A stretch of DNA of 64,000 nt from Anaerolineales bacterium (GTDB lineage Bacteria > Chloroflexota > Anaerolineae > Anaerolineales > UBA11858). The DNA is taken from positions 124-64,123 of the forward strand of contig JADHXE010000001.1 in the NCBI GenBank assembly GCA_016783125.1. Reading direction: 5' to 3'. Position 1 is the first letter of the stretch. Every line of letters begins with the position of its first letter. This document shows, piece by piece, positions 40,223-51,400 of the stretch. The notes under the pieces are model-generated. The model ran no database searches, was not told the origin of the DNA, and worked only from the letters and a program-made list of their open reading frames with translations. Position numbers and translations under genes: made by a program.

Positions 40223-42638
40223 GTATGCTCATCTCCTTGGATTGCCTCACAGGCAGGGTGATGGTAAGGGTCGTTCCCTGTCCGGGAACACTGGTGGCGG
40301 TGATACTGCCGCCATGATGCTCGACAATGCGGCGACAAATAGACAAGCCCATCCCTGAGCCATCATATTCTCCACGCCGGTGCAGGCGCTGAAATGGCTT
40401 GAAGATGCGCTCGGAGAATAGCTGCTCGAAGCCGATGCCGTTGTCCTCTACAATGATCTGGCACATCTCGTTGGACAAGATGCCATCTTGTCCTACCAGG
40501 CTTCCGCGCAGTTTTACAACCGGCGGCAGCTCCTCTTGACAGAACTTGAGCGAATTGATGATCAGATGTCCTAGCAATTGGTGTATTTGAGCCGGGTCAG
40601 CCTCAATCGTTGGTAAGGTTTCGAATTCCACCCGCCCCCCGGTTTGTTGGAGTTGACTCTCCAGGTCAGCTACGGCCGCCTGGGCTATATCGGTCATATT
40701 TATCCGGGTCGGGGGTTGGGCCTGGGTGGAGACGCGCGAGTAAACCAGGAGATCATCGATCAGGTTTTGCAAACGCTGGGTGGCATTGTGCATTCAAGTC
40801 AGATAATCTCGACCGACATCATCGAAGGCTTGTTCGTATTTCGTGGCCAAGCGATCCCCAAAAGCCAGGATCTTGCGCAGTGGTTCCTGCAAGTCGTGGG
40901 AGGCGATGTAGGTAAATTCTTCCAGGTCCCGGTTGCTCTGCTCCAATTTAGCTGTGTAAGCCCTCAAGGCAATCTCTGCTCGAACGCGCTCGGCCAACTC
41001 TCCCTGAAGCTGTTCATACAGCCGTACGTTCTCCAGGGCAATGGTCGTCTGGTTGGCAAAGCCGGTTATAACCATCAGGTCGTCTTTCGTCAGGCTGTTG
41101 CCCGTAACCACCAGGATGCCAAATGGCTCATCGCCACAGATCAGCGGTGCCACGATGCCTTGTTTGATGCCCATCAGGGAGATAATCCGGGGAGCTATAG
41201 CTCTTATCGCATCGGGGACGGCTTCCATAATCGGCTCTATAAAAGGCTCGGTGAAGACAGCCTGCCCACCGTCGATCACGTCCTGGTAATACCCGTCTGG
41301 GTCCAGTGAAAAGCGGTAGTCTTGCGCTTCCAGGCCAGTTAGTTTTTCGACCGCTTTGAGCAAACTGGACTCGTAGCCAAGATAGGGTATGGTCAAGTGG
41401 CTTTTATCCTCACTCAAGACGAAAACCGCCGCACTATACCCAAGACGGTTGACTTCATCGCTGATGGTTTTGTATACATCTCCCAGGGACCGCGCTCTCA
41501 AAACCTGCTGAGCGATCTGGCTGAATGCCAGTAGCAGGCGTTGGCTTTGGGCGGTCACCCCCAATGATTCCTGCAGGTTGGCAGCCATCTCGTTGAAAGC
41601 CCTGGCCAACTTGCCAATTTCGTCTTTGGACTTCACCTCGATGCGATAATCCAGGTCACCTTTCCCGATAAATCCAACACCCCTCTCTAAATTCTGAAGC
41701 GGCCTGATCAGCCGGATGAGGGTATACCCAACGATTGCGATGGCCAGGAACAGGGTGATGCCCAGTGTGTAAGTCAACCCTCTGGTTATCATTCGAGAGG
41801 CAGCCAGCGCCTCCTCCACCGGTTGTTCTACGATGACGATCCAGCCCAGGTTTGGGGTGTCCGTTCCTACACCGATTACTTCAACACCATCGTGGCTGGT
41901 ATAAATATGCGCTTCATCGGTAGGTTCGCCTTTTTGAAAATGCTGAATGTGAGGTTGGTCGCTGAAGTCTTCGCCAGCTAATACCAGGCTGAAGTCCGGG
42001 TGGGCAATCACCTTCCCGCTGCCGTCCACGATGAATACATAACCGCTTTCTCCAATTTGCAGCTTGACGACCTCATCCAAAAGCCCCCTTAGCGAGACCT
42101 CAGCCATCAGCACACCTACCGTTCCATCGCGGGCTCGATTCCAGATAGGAACCGCAAGGGTAATCATAGGAATTCCCTCTCCAGTGGTATGTACGGGACC
42201 CACATACGCCTGGCCTCGGATGGCTTGTTGGAATTCTTCATCATCTAGCCTGGTTGTTAAATCCTCCGCCAGGAAGACCTTTTCGCGGGAGAACTTTACC
42301 TGTTCGTATCCACGTTCATTTACCACTGTGAGCGCTTTGACATCATGAAGTATGCGAGATAGCGATTGTAGGGAAAGTTCCTGGGTCTCGTATTCCATCC
42401 CGGAGAACTCTGGCGAATTGACAGCAATGGTTATATCCTCCTGTGTATCCGCGATTGTGGCTTCGATCAGCTCGACCACCCGGATCGCTACCGCCCGGTT
42501 TGCTCTTCCAACTTCGCGAGTCAGCGATTGGGTGCTCATGCGGGTGGCGAGGGTACCAAAAGCCAACAACGGGATAAGGGTTACCAACACAATGAGCGCT
42601 GGCATCCGAAAAATCAAACGATTCCACCAACGGTTCAT
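40215..42638 (-). pseudogene. Cache-HAMP-GAF sensor histidine kinase interrupted by an in-frame TGA (two ORFs 42638-40794 and 40793-40215)
   Basis: ..YIASHDLQEPLRKILAFGDRLATKYEQAFDDVGRDYLT-TGA-MHNATQRLQNLIDDLLVYSRV.. (TGA at 40794-40796, ATG at 40791-40793). The intact paralog at 43659-45983 reads ..GRDYLARMQKATRRMQNLINDLLAFSRV.. The HATPase part ('VEDNGIGF', 'GSGMGLSICRRIV') lies in the downstream ORF. Confidence 0.8.
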
Positions 42639-43654
42639 CGAGTACTACTCACTTCGATCTCGACCACCTCATCGGCCAGACCCAGCATTTCATCAGGGAT
42701 GGCGACTCCAATACGATTGGCGACGGAACGGTTGATGATAAATTCCAGCCTCTGCGGAGTTTCGATTGGGATATCGGCTGGTTTGACCCCGAGCAGGATC
42801 TTATCCACCAGCCGGGCTGCCTGGAAACCATTGGCATAACGAGAACCCGCATAACTGACAATCGCCCCCCTTTCTAAATCGTCCCGGTTTACACCGAAAA
42901 TGGGAATTCCCTGTTCGACGGACACCGGGTAGAGGACATCTTTCATCGCCTGCCAGACAGGAGCCAGAGGCAGGATCAACATGGCGTCGACTTCATCTCG
43001 CGAGATGTTGGCAGCTGCCTCTTGGATATCTTGTTCAGTCTCTACGGAGATAATGATCAATTCAAGACCCAGACCAGGGGCGATTTGCTCGGCAACTTGT
43101 GCTGATTTGACCCCAGGGGTGATGCTGGGGACCAGCAGGATGTGAACCTTCTTCGCCCCCGGCATGATCTGGGTGATCAACTCAAGCCGCTTGGCTGTCA
43201 ACTGCGTGTCGTTGGTTTCGATGCCGGCAAGATTATTCCCTGAACTCCTCAAACTTTCGACCAGGCCTCTATCAATAGCCGATGAGACGGACAGAAACAC
43301 CACCGGCAGGTCGCTGCCTTCCGTGGCAGCCTTTAGCGCGTCCGCCTCGATACCACCCCCGGCGATCGCCAGATCGGGTTGGCTGATCACAATCGCTTCG
43401 GCGAGTTCTGACAACTTTTGGCGATCTCCTTCTGCGTTCATAACTTCGAAAACTACGTGCTCCCCCTCAACGTAGCCCAGCGCTTCAAGGCCATCTTTCA
43501 GGCCTGCAAAAGGTTCAAGACGAATATCTCCTGAGAGGAGTACGCCAATACGATAGGGACTTTCTTGTTCCGATCGGTTGCAGCCAGCTAACAGGCCGAA
43601 CATCAGACACAGCAAAAGTAGAAAAGGGATGGAACGATTAGATAACATACTCAC
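42635..43654 (-). CDS. Periplasmic binding lipoprotein, ABC_sub_bind/BMP-like family
   Basis: The lipobox is 'LLAGC'. 'YRIGVLLSGDIRLEPFAGLKDGLEALGY' is present. Its stop overlaps the kinase start (ATGA at 42635-42638). No ABC permease or ATPase is nearby. Confidence 0.75.
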   Translation of the reverse strand: MSMLSNRSIPFLLLLCLMFGLLAGCNRSEQESPYRIGVLLSGDIRLEPFAGLKDGLEALGYVEGEHVVFEVMNAEGDRQKLSELAEAIVISQPDLAIAGGGIEADALKAATEGSDLPVVFLSVSSAIDRGLVESLRSSGNNLAGIETNDTQLTAKRLELITQIMPGAKKVHILLVPSITPGVKSAQVAEQIAPGLGLELIIISVETEQDIQEAAANISRDEVDAMLILPLAPVWQAMKDVLYPVSVEQGIPIFGVNRDDLERGAIVSYAGSRYANGFQAARLVDKILLGVKPADIPIETPQRLEFIINRSVANRIGVAIPDEMLGLADEVVEIEVSSTR

Positions 43655-43658
43655 ATCC

Positions 43659-45983
43659 TTAATCGAGTTCGTTGCCTACCTCAGGCTGCTTCAACGACAG
43701 GGTGACGACAAAAATCGCGCCCTCTCCAGGCTCACTCTCAGCTTTGATGCTCCCGCCATGACGCTCGGCGATACGGCGACAAATCGCCAACCCGATACCC
43801 GAACCTTCGTATTCACCCTGCCCGTGCAGACGCTGGAAGGACTGGAAGATGCGTTCAGTGAATTGCGGGTCGAAGCCAATGCCGTTATCCTCGACGGCGA
43901 TTTGACATGATTGATCACTTATCTGTTTGCCAGAAACTTTGACGACCGGTGCCTGGTCCGGCTTGTGGAACTTCAGGGCGTTGCCGATCAGATTCTGCAG
44001 CAATTGGCGCATCTGGGTCGGGTCAGCCTCGATCTCTGGCAATTCTCCAACCTCTACTTTTCCACTGGTCTGCTCAATGCGGCTCTCCAGGTCGGATAGA
44101 ACTTCTTGTGCCACATCTGTCAGATCTACCTGGATAAAGGATTCTCCTTTCGTTGTCACCCGCGAGAAGGCTAACAAATCGTTGATCAAGTTTTGCATAC
44201 GTCGGGTGGCTTTCTGCATGCGTGCCAGGTAATCGCGCCCAGTTTCATCAAGGGCTTCTCCGTATTTAGCGACCAACCGATCACCAAAGGCCGTCACTTT
44301 GCGCAGGGGTTCTTGCAGGTCGTGGGAGGCGATATAGGCGAAGTCTTGCAGGTCGCGGTTGCTGCGTTCTAACTTGTCAGCGTAGGATTGGATTTGTTCC
44401 ACGAAATGTTTGCGCTCGGTGATGTCACCGAAAACCAGAAGCAGATGGTGCTCACTCCCCAAAGTGAAACGCGCAAAGCAACAATCCAGCCAGACATCCA
44501 AGCCAAACGCGGTGGTAAGCTGCACTTCAAGGTGCCGGTTTTCTCCGCTGGCCAAAATCTCCTCAGCTGCCTCCAACAGCCCGGATGATTTCCAGGAAGC
44601 GTTCTGGCGAAAGTTCTGCCCCAAAACCTGCTCTCGGGTAGCACCAATGATGCTGGCTGAAGCTTCATTAGCAGATATGCACTGCCCTGAAGCGTTATAA
44701 GCGCTGATGCCGAAGGTACTGGAATCAATGAGTGTCTTATTGAAATCAAGCGCGTCGGCAATACGTTGTTGAGCCAGTTTGCGCTCGATAGCGGTAGTCA
44801 CCTGGGCCGAGACAAACTCCAGCATTTCAGTATCCGCATGAGCTAACCGAACGTTCTCTGTATAACTTTGCACGGCTATTACACCGAGAACCTTCGCGCC
44901 TACTTTCAATGGCACTCCCAGCCAGTCCACTGGTTCGGTGCCGATCAGTTCCACTTCACCCTGCTGTACCAGTTGTGTGAACTTCTGCGGGTCGGCCAGC
45001 AGTGGCCGACCGGTGCGCAGAACATATTCGGTCAGCCCGCGGCCCAGTTTCTTTGGCAAGGGGGTGTCATCAAGCTGATCCACAAAATATGGAAAACTGA
45101 TCCTGTCAGCGTCTGGGTCATATAACGCGATGTAGAAATTGTCCACTGGCATCAGGTCACCGAGGGCGCGATGGATGGCGAGATAAAGGTCTTCCAGGTT
45201 CTCGGCAGTTACCGCCGCCTGGGAGATGACATAAAGGGCTTCCTGCATCCGTTCCGCCTGCTTGCGCTCAGCAACTTGCTTTTTCAGGGACGCTGCCATC
45301 TCATTAAACGCATGGGCTAGATCACCAATCTCATCATGGCCTCCGACATCCACCTTGTAATCCAAATCTCCAGCCGCGATGATTTCAGTTCCCCGGTGGA
45401 GGTTCGCGATCCTAACCACAATATCATTGCTTACCAAACTGATGGTGGATACCATCAGTGTTAGTATTATCATGCCAGAAACCATCAGGAGAGAACTACC
45501 TCTTCTTTGAGCGCTCTCTGCCCTGGCACTGGCCGTCTCGGCCAATCGGAAAGTGTCGGCAACCGTCGTTTGGGACTTTACCGCCAGTTGGCTGGCTAAC
45601 CGCTGCTCCAATTCACTCAAGCCCTCGCCTTCGTAGCTTGTGACCAGTTGGGAAAATAGAGGCTGGAGTTCGGCATGGTTTTGAATGACCCGGTTCAATA
45701 TCTCTTCTTCGGGATATTTGGCTCCAACTTCTGTCAGAATCTGGGCTAGCGAACTATATCTCAATTGCCACTGTGCTTGCGCCCGTTCTTCGTGGTGCAG
45801 CAAATAGTCATTGGTGATGATGTTTAGCTCAAATACCCCCCTGACGATGTTGTTAACAGCCTTGTTTTGCTCAATGGCTTCACTCACTTGCCGGGATGTC
45901 CAGGCAAGTATCAAGCCAAAAACAAGCAAGGTGATCCCCCCGGTCACGAGGATGCCAAGTTGCAACCTCTTTCTGATACTCAC
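43659..45983 (-). CDS. Sensor histidine kinase (TM-HAMP-GAF-PAS-HisKA-HATPase)
   Basis: HAMP is 'GDLDYKVDVGGHDEIGDLAHAFNEMA'. The H-box is 'YIASHDLQEPLRK'. The G-boxes are 'VEDNGIGF' and 'GSGIGLAICRRIA'. Confidence 0.9.
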   Translation of the reverse strand: MSIRKRLQLGILVTGGITLLVFGLILAWTSRQVSEAIEQNKAVNNIVRGVFELNIITNDYLLHHEERAQAQWQLRYSSLAQILTEVGAKYPEEEILNRVIQNHAELQPLFSQLVTSYEGEGLSELEQRLASQLAVKSQTTVADTFRLAETASARAESAQRRGSSLLMVSGMIILTLMVSTISLVSNDIVVRIANLHRGTEIIAAGDLDYKVDVGGHDEIGDLAHAFNEMAASLKKQVAERKQAERMQEALYVISQAAVTAENLEDLYLAIHRALGDLMPVDNFYIALYDPDADRISFPYFVDQLDDTPLPKKLGRGLTEYVLRTGRPLLADPQKFTQLVQQGEVELIGTEPVDWLGVPLKVGAKVLGVIAVQSYTENVRLAHADTEMLEFVSAQVTTAIERKLAQQRIADALDFNKTLIDSSTFGISAYNASGQCISANEASASIIGATREQVLGQNFRQNASWKSSGLLEAAEEILASGENRHLEVQLTTAFGLDVWLDCCFARFTLGSEHHLLLVFGDITERKHFVEQIQSYADKLERSNRDLQDFAYIASHDLQEPLRKVTAFGDRLVAKYGEALDETGRDYLARMQKATRRMQNLINDLLAFSRVTTKGESFIQVDLTDVAQEVLSDLESRIEQTSGKVEVGELPEIEADPTQMRQLLQNLIGNALKFHKPDQAPVVKVSGKQISDQSCQIAVEDNGIGFDPQFTERIFQSFQRLHGQGEYEGSGIGLAICRRIAERHGGSIKAESEPGEGAIFVVTLSLKQPEVGNELD

Positions 45984-45995
45984 CAGGATCTCCTC

Positions 45996-47039
45996 CTATC
46001 GGATAATGGTCACGGCTTCCGGCTTCACTGCCAGGAGCGCGTCGATGTAGATAAAATCTAGGTAATTTGGCACCGTCGTTTTGTCAGTGAGCCTGTTTTC
46101 GATCCTCCACCGCGCCTGATCTTCAAACAGGATCAACATGGCCTGTTCAAGGATGATGGCATACTCCTGTTTTGGCCAACTGTAATCCATGTAATCCGAT
46201 TCATACTCAAATCTGTCCTTTATGGACTCTTTGGATTCTTCAGAATTGTCTTTAATATACTCCTCTGCCTCCAATAATGATTTCATAAAGCGCTTAACTG
46301 CTGCAGGATTTTTATCTAACCAATCTTCTTTTGTAAGCAACACAAAGTAAAAATCATCTCCCCCGTGCCAACTTATTGCATTTTCACCCAGTTCTTTCTT
46401 TATATTATAAAGATAAGGATCCCAGACAAAAACAGCATCTACATCACCATTTGAGATAGCTCCCATCATTTCTGGTGGTTTTAAATCAACAAGCTCTACA
46501 TCTTCTTGTGAAATACCGTTGAATGTTAAAAATACTCCAAGCTGAAACTCAGCACCGCTCTTTTTTGTGACTCCAATCTTTTTCCCTATTAAATCATTTA
46601 TTGTTGTAATTCCCTTATCTTTTCGGGCGACTAATTCCTTAACTTGTTTGGTAGCAATAGTTCCCAATACCCTAAAGTCTGCATGCTCAAAACTATAACT
46701 AACAAACACATTATCAGCTGAAGTAGAAATATCAGCTTCACCAGCTATAAGGGCATCAGCACATGCCTTACCAGATCCATAACCTTTTAAGGTCACCTCT
46801 AAACCATTTTCTTTAAAGTATCCCTGATCTTCAGCAAAATAAACAAGGGCTCCAATAAGATTCTCGGCTGCTGCCACAGTAATTTTCTCGACGGGTCCAG
46901 TATACTTTTCAGGCTTTTCTTGACTCAACCAAAGATAGCCACCAACTGCCAAACCCAAGGCTATAATAACTACCAAAATCCCGATCCATGATCTGGATCT
47001 TCTTTTTTCTTGTTTTTCTCTTGCCATTTTTACCTCCAA
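45996..47039 (-). CDS. Membrane-anchored periplasmic binding protein, NMT1/SsuA-like
   Basis: The N-terminal TM anchor is 'WIGILVVIIALGLAVGGYLWL'. 'GSGKACADALIAGEADISTS' and 'DAVFVWDPY' are present. It lies 12 nt upstream of the kinase gene. Confidence 0.75.
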   Translation of the reverse strand: MEVKMAREKQEKRRSRSWIGILVVIIALGLAVGGYLWLSQEKPEKYTGPVEKITVAAAENLIGALVYFAEDQGYFKENGLEVTLKGYGSGKACADALIAGEADISTSADNVFVSYSFEHADFRVLGTIATKQVKELVARKDKGITTINDLIGKKIGVTKKSGAEFQLGVFLTFNGISQEDVELVDLKPPEMMGAISNGDVDAVFVWDPYLYNIKKELGENAISWHGGDDFYFVLLTKEDWLDKNPAAVKRFMKSLLEAEEYIKDNSEESKESIKDRFEYESDYMDYSWPKQEYAIILEQAMLILFEDQARWRIENRLTDKTTVPNYLDFIYIDALLAVKPEAVTIIR

Positions 47040-47178
47040 TTATTCCTTCTGTAGCCAAGGAAATGAGGACAACCGGTTCTTTTTGTGTTTCTTGGTGTTC
47101 ATCTTGCTCATATCAAATTTTCTCCTGATGGCTCTGCCATTCCCGAAGGTGGCATAATTAATAATCCTTCGTTCTCAT

Positions 47179-47589
47179 TCATGTACACTCCCAGGTCGAA
47201 TATTCCAGTGACGTGCTCAAGCTCTGCTCGATAGCAGGGATGAGAGAATTGAATATGTCCCCTTTGAGAACATACCCTTTAGCCCCGGCAGCTTTGGCGT
47301 GTTGCCGGTAAATATCGATATCGTATATTGTCAGCATAATGATGCGCACTTCAGGCAATGCCTTGTGGAAGCGAGGGATCATCTCGATCCCGTTGGTATC
47401 TTCCATATGCACATCCAGCAAGATAACATCCGGTTTGAGCTGGCTTGCCAACCTGATGCCTTCATTTCCGCTTAGAGCATTACCAATGACGACATATTGA
47501 TCGTGATGCTTAAAAAAACCATTGATCAAGTCGTGAAATTGCAAGTTGTTATCCACTATTAGTAAACGAACCGGTTCCATGGAATTCAT
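47179..47589 (-). CDS. Single-domain response regulator
   Basis: The likely start is 'MNSMEPVRLLIVDNN'. 'VILLDVHMEDTNG' and 'IMLTIYD' are present. Confidence 0.8.
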   Translation of the reverse strand: MNSMEPVRLLIVDNNLQFHDLINGFFKHHDQYVVIGNALSGNEGIRLASQLKPDVILLDVHMEDTNGIEMIPRFHKALPEVRIIMLTIYDIDIYRQHAKAAGAKGYVLKGDIFNSLIPAIEQSLSTSLEYSTWECT

Positions 47590-47816
47590 ACCTGTAATAG
47601 GTTCATGGGTGGAAATCTCTGGTAAGGGATGTGTGATCAGGATAATGAAGTGGTAACGACTAACCCCCGCTCTCTGTAGCAAAAACAGATGCATGAAAGA
47701 GCGAACCAAATCTATATATTTTCTAATAGATTAGCAATTGAAAAACAATACGTAGAAGTACGTATGTGCATTACACAGCTACGCACCCTGGATTGACCCC
47801 CTTGTTGGCAAACAGT

Positions 47817-48467
47817 TTATTCTGGAGCTAAAATCCCCCGCTCGATAGAATAGCGCACCAACTCAGCCGTTGACTGCACCCCCAATTTGTGGAGTAAATT
47901 CGAGCGGTGCACTTCGATGGTGCGGACACTGATTCCCAGGCTTGTGGCGATTTGTTGGTTGGTCAGCCCTTCGGTGACCATATGCAAAACTTGTCGTTCA
48001 CGCGGGGTGAGAATCTTGTACGGAGAGCTTGATCTCCTATGAGCTGATTCCTGGTAATCGTTCAGAACTTCCCTCGAAATTGAAGGGCTGAGATATCGCA
48101 CCCCGGAAAGGGCCGCGGAAACAGCCTGGATCAACTCTTGTGGAACGGATTGTTTGTTGACATAACCCACCGCACCGGCATCGAGTGCGGCAGCAACGTA
48201 GCTCTCGTTCGTATATCTCGACAGGATGATGACCCGGGTTCCGAGCGCAAGACCTTTGATTTGACGGGTGATTTCGATACCGCCCAGGCCCGGCAATGAC
48301 AGGTCTAAGATCACCACGTCAGGCTTAAATTGTTGTACTAAGGGGACTACTTGCAACCCCTCGCCGATTTCCTCGACAACCCGGAATTCTGGTTGGCGTT
48401 CTAAGATACGTCGCACCCCCTCTCTGACAAGGGGGTGATCGTCAACTAACAGGATTCTAACGCTCAT
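47817..48467 (-). CDS. NarL/FixJ-family response regulator (REC + LuxR HTH)
   Basis: 'ILLVDDHPLVREG', 'VVILDLSLPGLGG', and HTH 'LTPRERQVLHMVTEGLTNQQIATSLGISVRTIEVHRSNL'. Confidence 0.9.
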   Translation of the reverse strand: MSVRILLVDDHPLVREGVRRILERQPEFRVVEEIGEGLQVVPLVQQFKPDVVILDLSLPGLGGIEITRQIKGLALGTRVIILSRYTNESYVAAALDAGAVGYVNKQSVPQELIQAVSAALSGVRYLSPSISREVLNDYQESAHRRSSSPYKILTPRERQVLHMVTEGLTNQQIATSLGISVRTIEVHRSNLLHKLGVQSTAELVRYSIERGILAPE

Positions 48468-51400
48468 GTATCCTCCGCTCTAATCTCCCTCCCAAAGGTA
48501 AGACTGCCATCACTGTGGTCCCTTCCCCAGGGGTAGAAATAATATCCAGGCTGCCTCCCAACAAGGTCGAGCGCTCGTTCATCCCCAACAAACCGGCTGA
48601 ATCTTGATTGGCCAATACGGCTGCTGTATCGAATCCCGCGCCTTGATCTTCAACCTGGATGTGGATCTCGTCCTGATCGGCCCATACCCGCACAATGACC
48701 TGATCCACATCCGCATAACGGACCACATTGGTGAGGGCTTCCTGGACAATGCGATAGGCAGCTAACTCTACGTTGGTGGGAAGGCGGCTTTCCAATCCAT
48801 GATGCTTGAAATCAACCTTGATGTTGGAATGCAAACCAAATCGATCGAAATGCCAGATCAACGTGGGCAGCAAACCCAAGTCGTCTAACATGGATGGTCG
48901 CAAATTCAAGGATAGATTTTGGACTGTACTGCTGATTTGATCCACCAGTTCCCCGGCCTCGTGTAACCAGGCTGCCTTTGTTTCCGCATCAGAAGAGATA
49001 TTGAGAGTGGAGTCGAGGAGTAACTTCAAAGCTGTGAGGTTTTGCCCAACCTCATCGTGCAATTCAAGAGCGATATTTCGGCGTTCGGTCTCCTGGATTT
49101 CCACTAATCTATGAGAAAGGGCTTGAAGATTCTCTCGTCCAGCGCGCACTTGCTCGAACAGACGAGCATTCTCTAGCGTGACACTTAGCTGGCTGGCAAA
49201 GGTCGAAAAAACCGGCAGATCAACCGCCTGCAAATCGCGACCCCATACCCATAAAACGCCCAACATGCGATCTTCGATGACCAACGGAAGAAAGATTGCC
49301 ACGATATCAGGCTGAACCCCAGCTAACTTCAGGATGCGGTTGATTACCGGCCGTGTGAAGTCCGGCAAGACCGCTGTGGCAAACGACACCACCTCCGAGC
49401 CTGAGGCGACGATGGCACGATGGTGTTCGAAAAGCTCTATATAGGGTGTTACTGTCTTCAGTGCCAGCTTGAAGCCAGAAATTGGCCGTTTCACGATCTT
49501 TTCAATTGCTGAAAGCGCTTTCGATCCAACGGATAAATGCCTTATCATCAACGACGAGTCCTCCGGATCGAACGAGGCAACCGTACAGGCCAGTTCTAGT
49601 TCTTTGAGTTCGGTACCCAAGGTTTCCATCACCGTTTCTGGATCAGGAGCCGCTTGTACACGGGCAGATATATGTACAAGCGCGGAAATGAGTTTATTGG
49701 TACGTTCCAGTTCAGCCCGTTGTCGCTGCTCGGCAGCGAACAGTTGGGCTTTTTCGATGGCGATTCCAGCCTGGTTTGTAAGACTTTGGAGAAAATCGAT
49801 TTCACGATCTGTGAATTCCCGGAGCGTTCGGCTATCCATAATCTCTGCCAACCCGATGACTTGATTGGATGCCCTGATGGGCATCATAAGTAAAGTTTTA
49901 ATCTCTGCCCGATCCAGATAGTCTCGCTCGAAAGTGGTAAGAACAGGATCATCGCTTTGTAGCTGGTCAGAACGTGTTTCCTCCAACACTCGTCTCGCCC
50001 GTTTATGTTCGGTCAAATCAAAGGGTTGGTACCATTCAGAACCAATTACCCAATCATCCGGTGCATGCTCCACGAGTAGTGTCACGGTATTGGCCTCACG
50101 ATCCCATTTCGAGATAGCGCATGCTTCAACGTGGATCGATTTGGTTATTTGCTCTGCTACCGTCCAGAGCACTTTCTCTAAATCCAGGGATGATGATATG
50201 ATCGATGTCGCGGCCAACAAAGCAGCCAATTCATTTGACCTTTGGGTTATACCTGCGAACAAGCGCGCATTTTCGATTGCAATGGCGGCCTGATTGGCGA
50301 AGGCCTGTAACTTGTGAGCGTGCTTATCCGTAAAGAAGCCTGGCGTAGCACTATCGAGGTTAAGAAAGCCGAATACTCGCTCTCCCCGGCAAATCGGTAT
50401 ACCCAGGTAAGAACGGACCCAATGGGTTCCTGCGAAGAGAGTCCAGTTCGGTTCTGCATGCGTATCGGAAACAACAACCGCCTGTCTGGCTTCCATCATC
50501 TGGCGATAAAGGGGAATTTCACAGACGTGCCTGGTTGTTCCTTTTCCTGGTTTTCCCAGATGAGCGTTCTGATATCCTTTGATTTGATGAATTTGCACGA
50601 TTTCCGATTTTTCATCCAGTAGATGGATATTCGTGCCCTGATGCGGGACAATCCGTTCCACATTGTTGAGGACTTTATCCAGCACTTCATCGAGGTGAAG
50701 CGTGCTTGTAAGAGTTTGAGATATTTCACTCAAAGCCTCAGCCAGCCTGCGCTGCTCTTGCTCGGCTTCGAACAGCTGGGCATTGTGGATCGCGATAGCC
50801 GCCTGGTTGGCAAATAGTGTCAGAAGTTCGATATCGGACTGGGTGAAACGTCGTCCTTTAACACTATCTAAAACATGGATCACCCCGCTCACCCGATCTT
50901 GCCAGATCAATGGCATGCTGAGTACGGCAGTGAAAGGCTGATCTTCCTCGTATACCTTGGCCCGCATAGGCCATGTACGATAGTCATCGATGGCCAGGGG
51001 CTGCCCGGTTAGGGCTACGGTGCCAGCCGAACCCTCGCCATATTTGAGCACTGTACCGGTATAATCGTTGAAGGTATTGTAACTTACCACACAGCGGACT
51101 TCTTCCTGGACCGGATCGCAAAGATACATCCCCCCTCCTGGGGCCTTCAACAGTGATGTCGCCCGTTCCACAATGGTTCGAAGTAAAGTGGATAAATCGT
51201 GCGGACTGGTGATTTCAAGTGTAGTTGCCTGCAGTGCGGCCAATTGTTCAACTCGCTGTTGCAGCGCTTCTTCGATCCGCTTGCGCTCGGTGATATCAGA
51301 AGCAAGCCCTTCAACAATGGTTTCGTCGCCATCCTTCCACTGACCAATGGGGCGGTCGCGAAACCAATGCAAGTTTTTATTCGCATCCCAGATACGGTAT

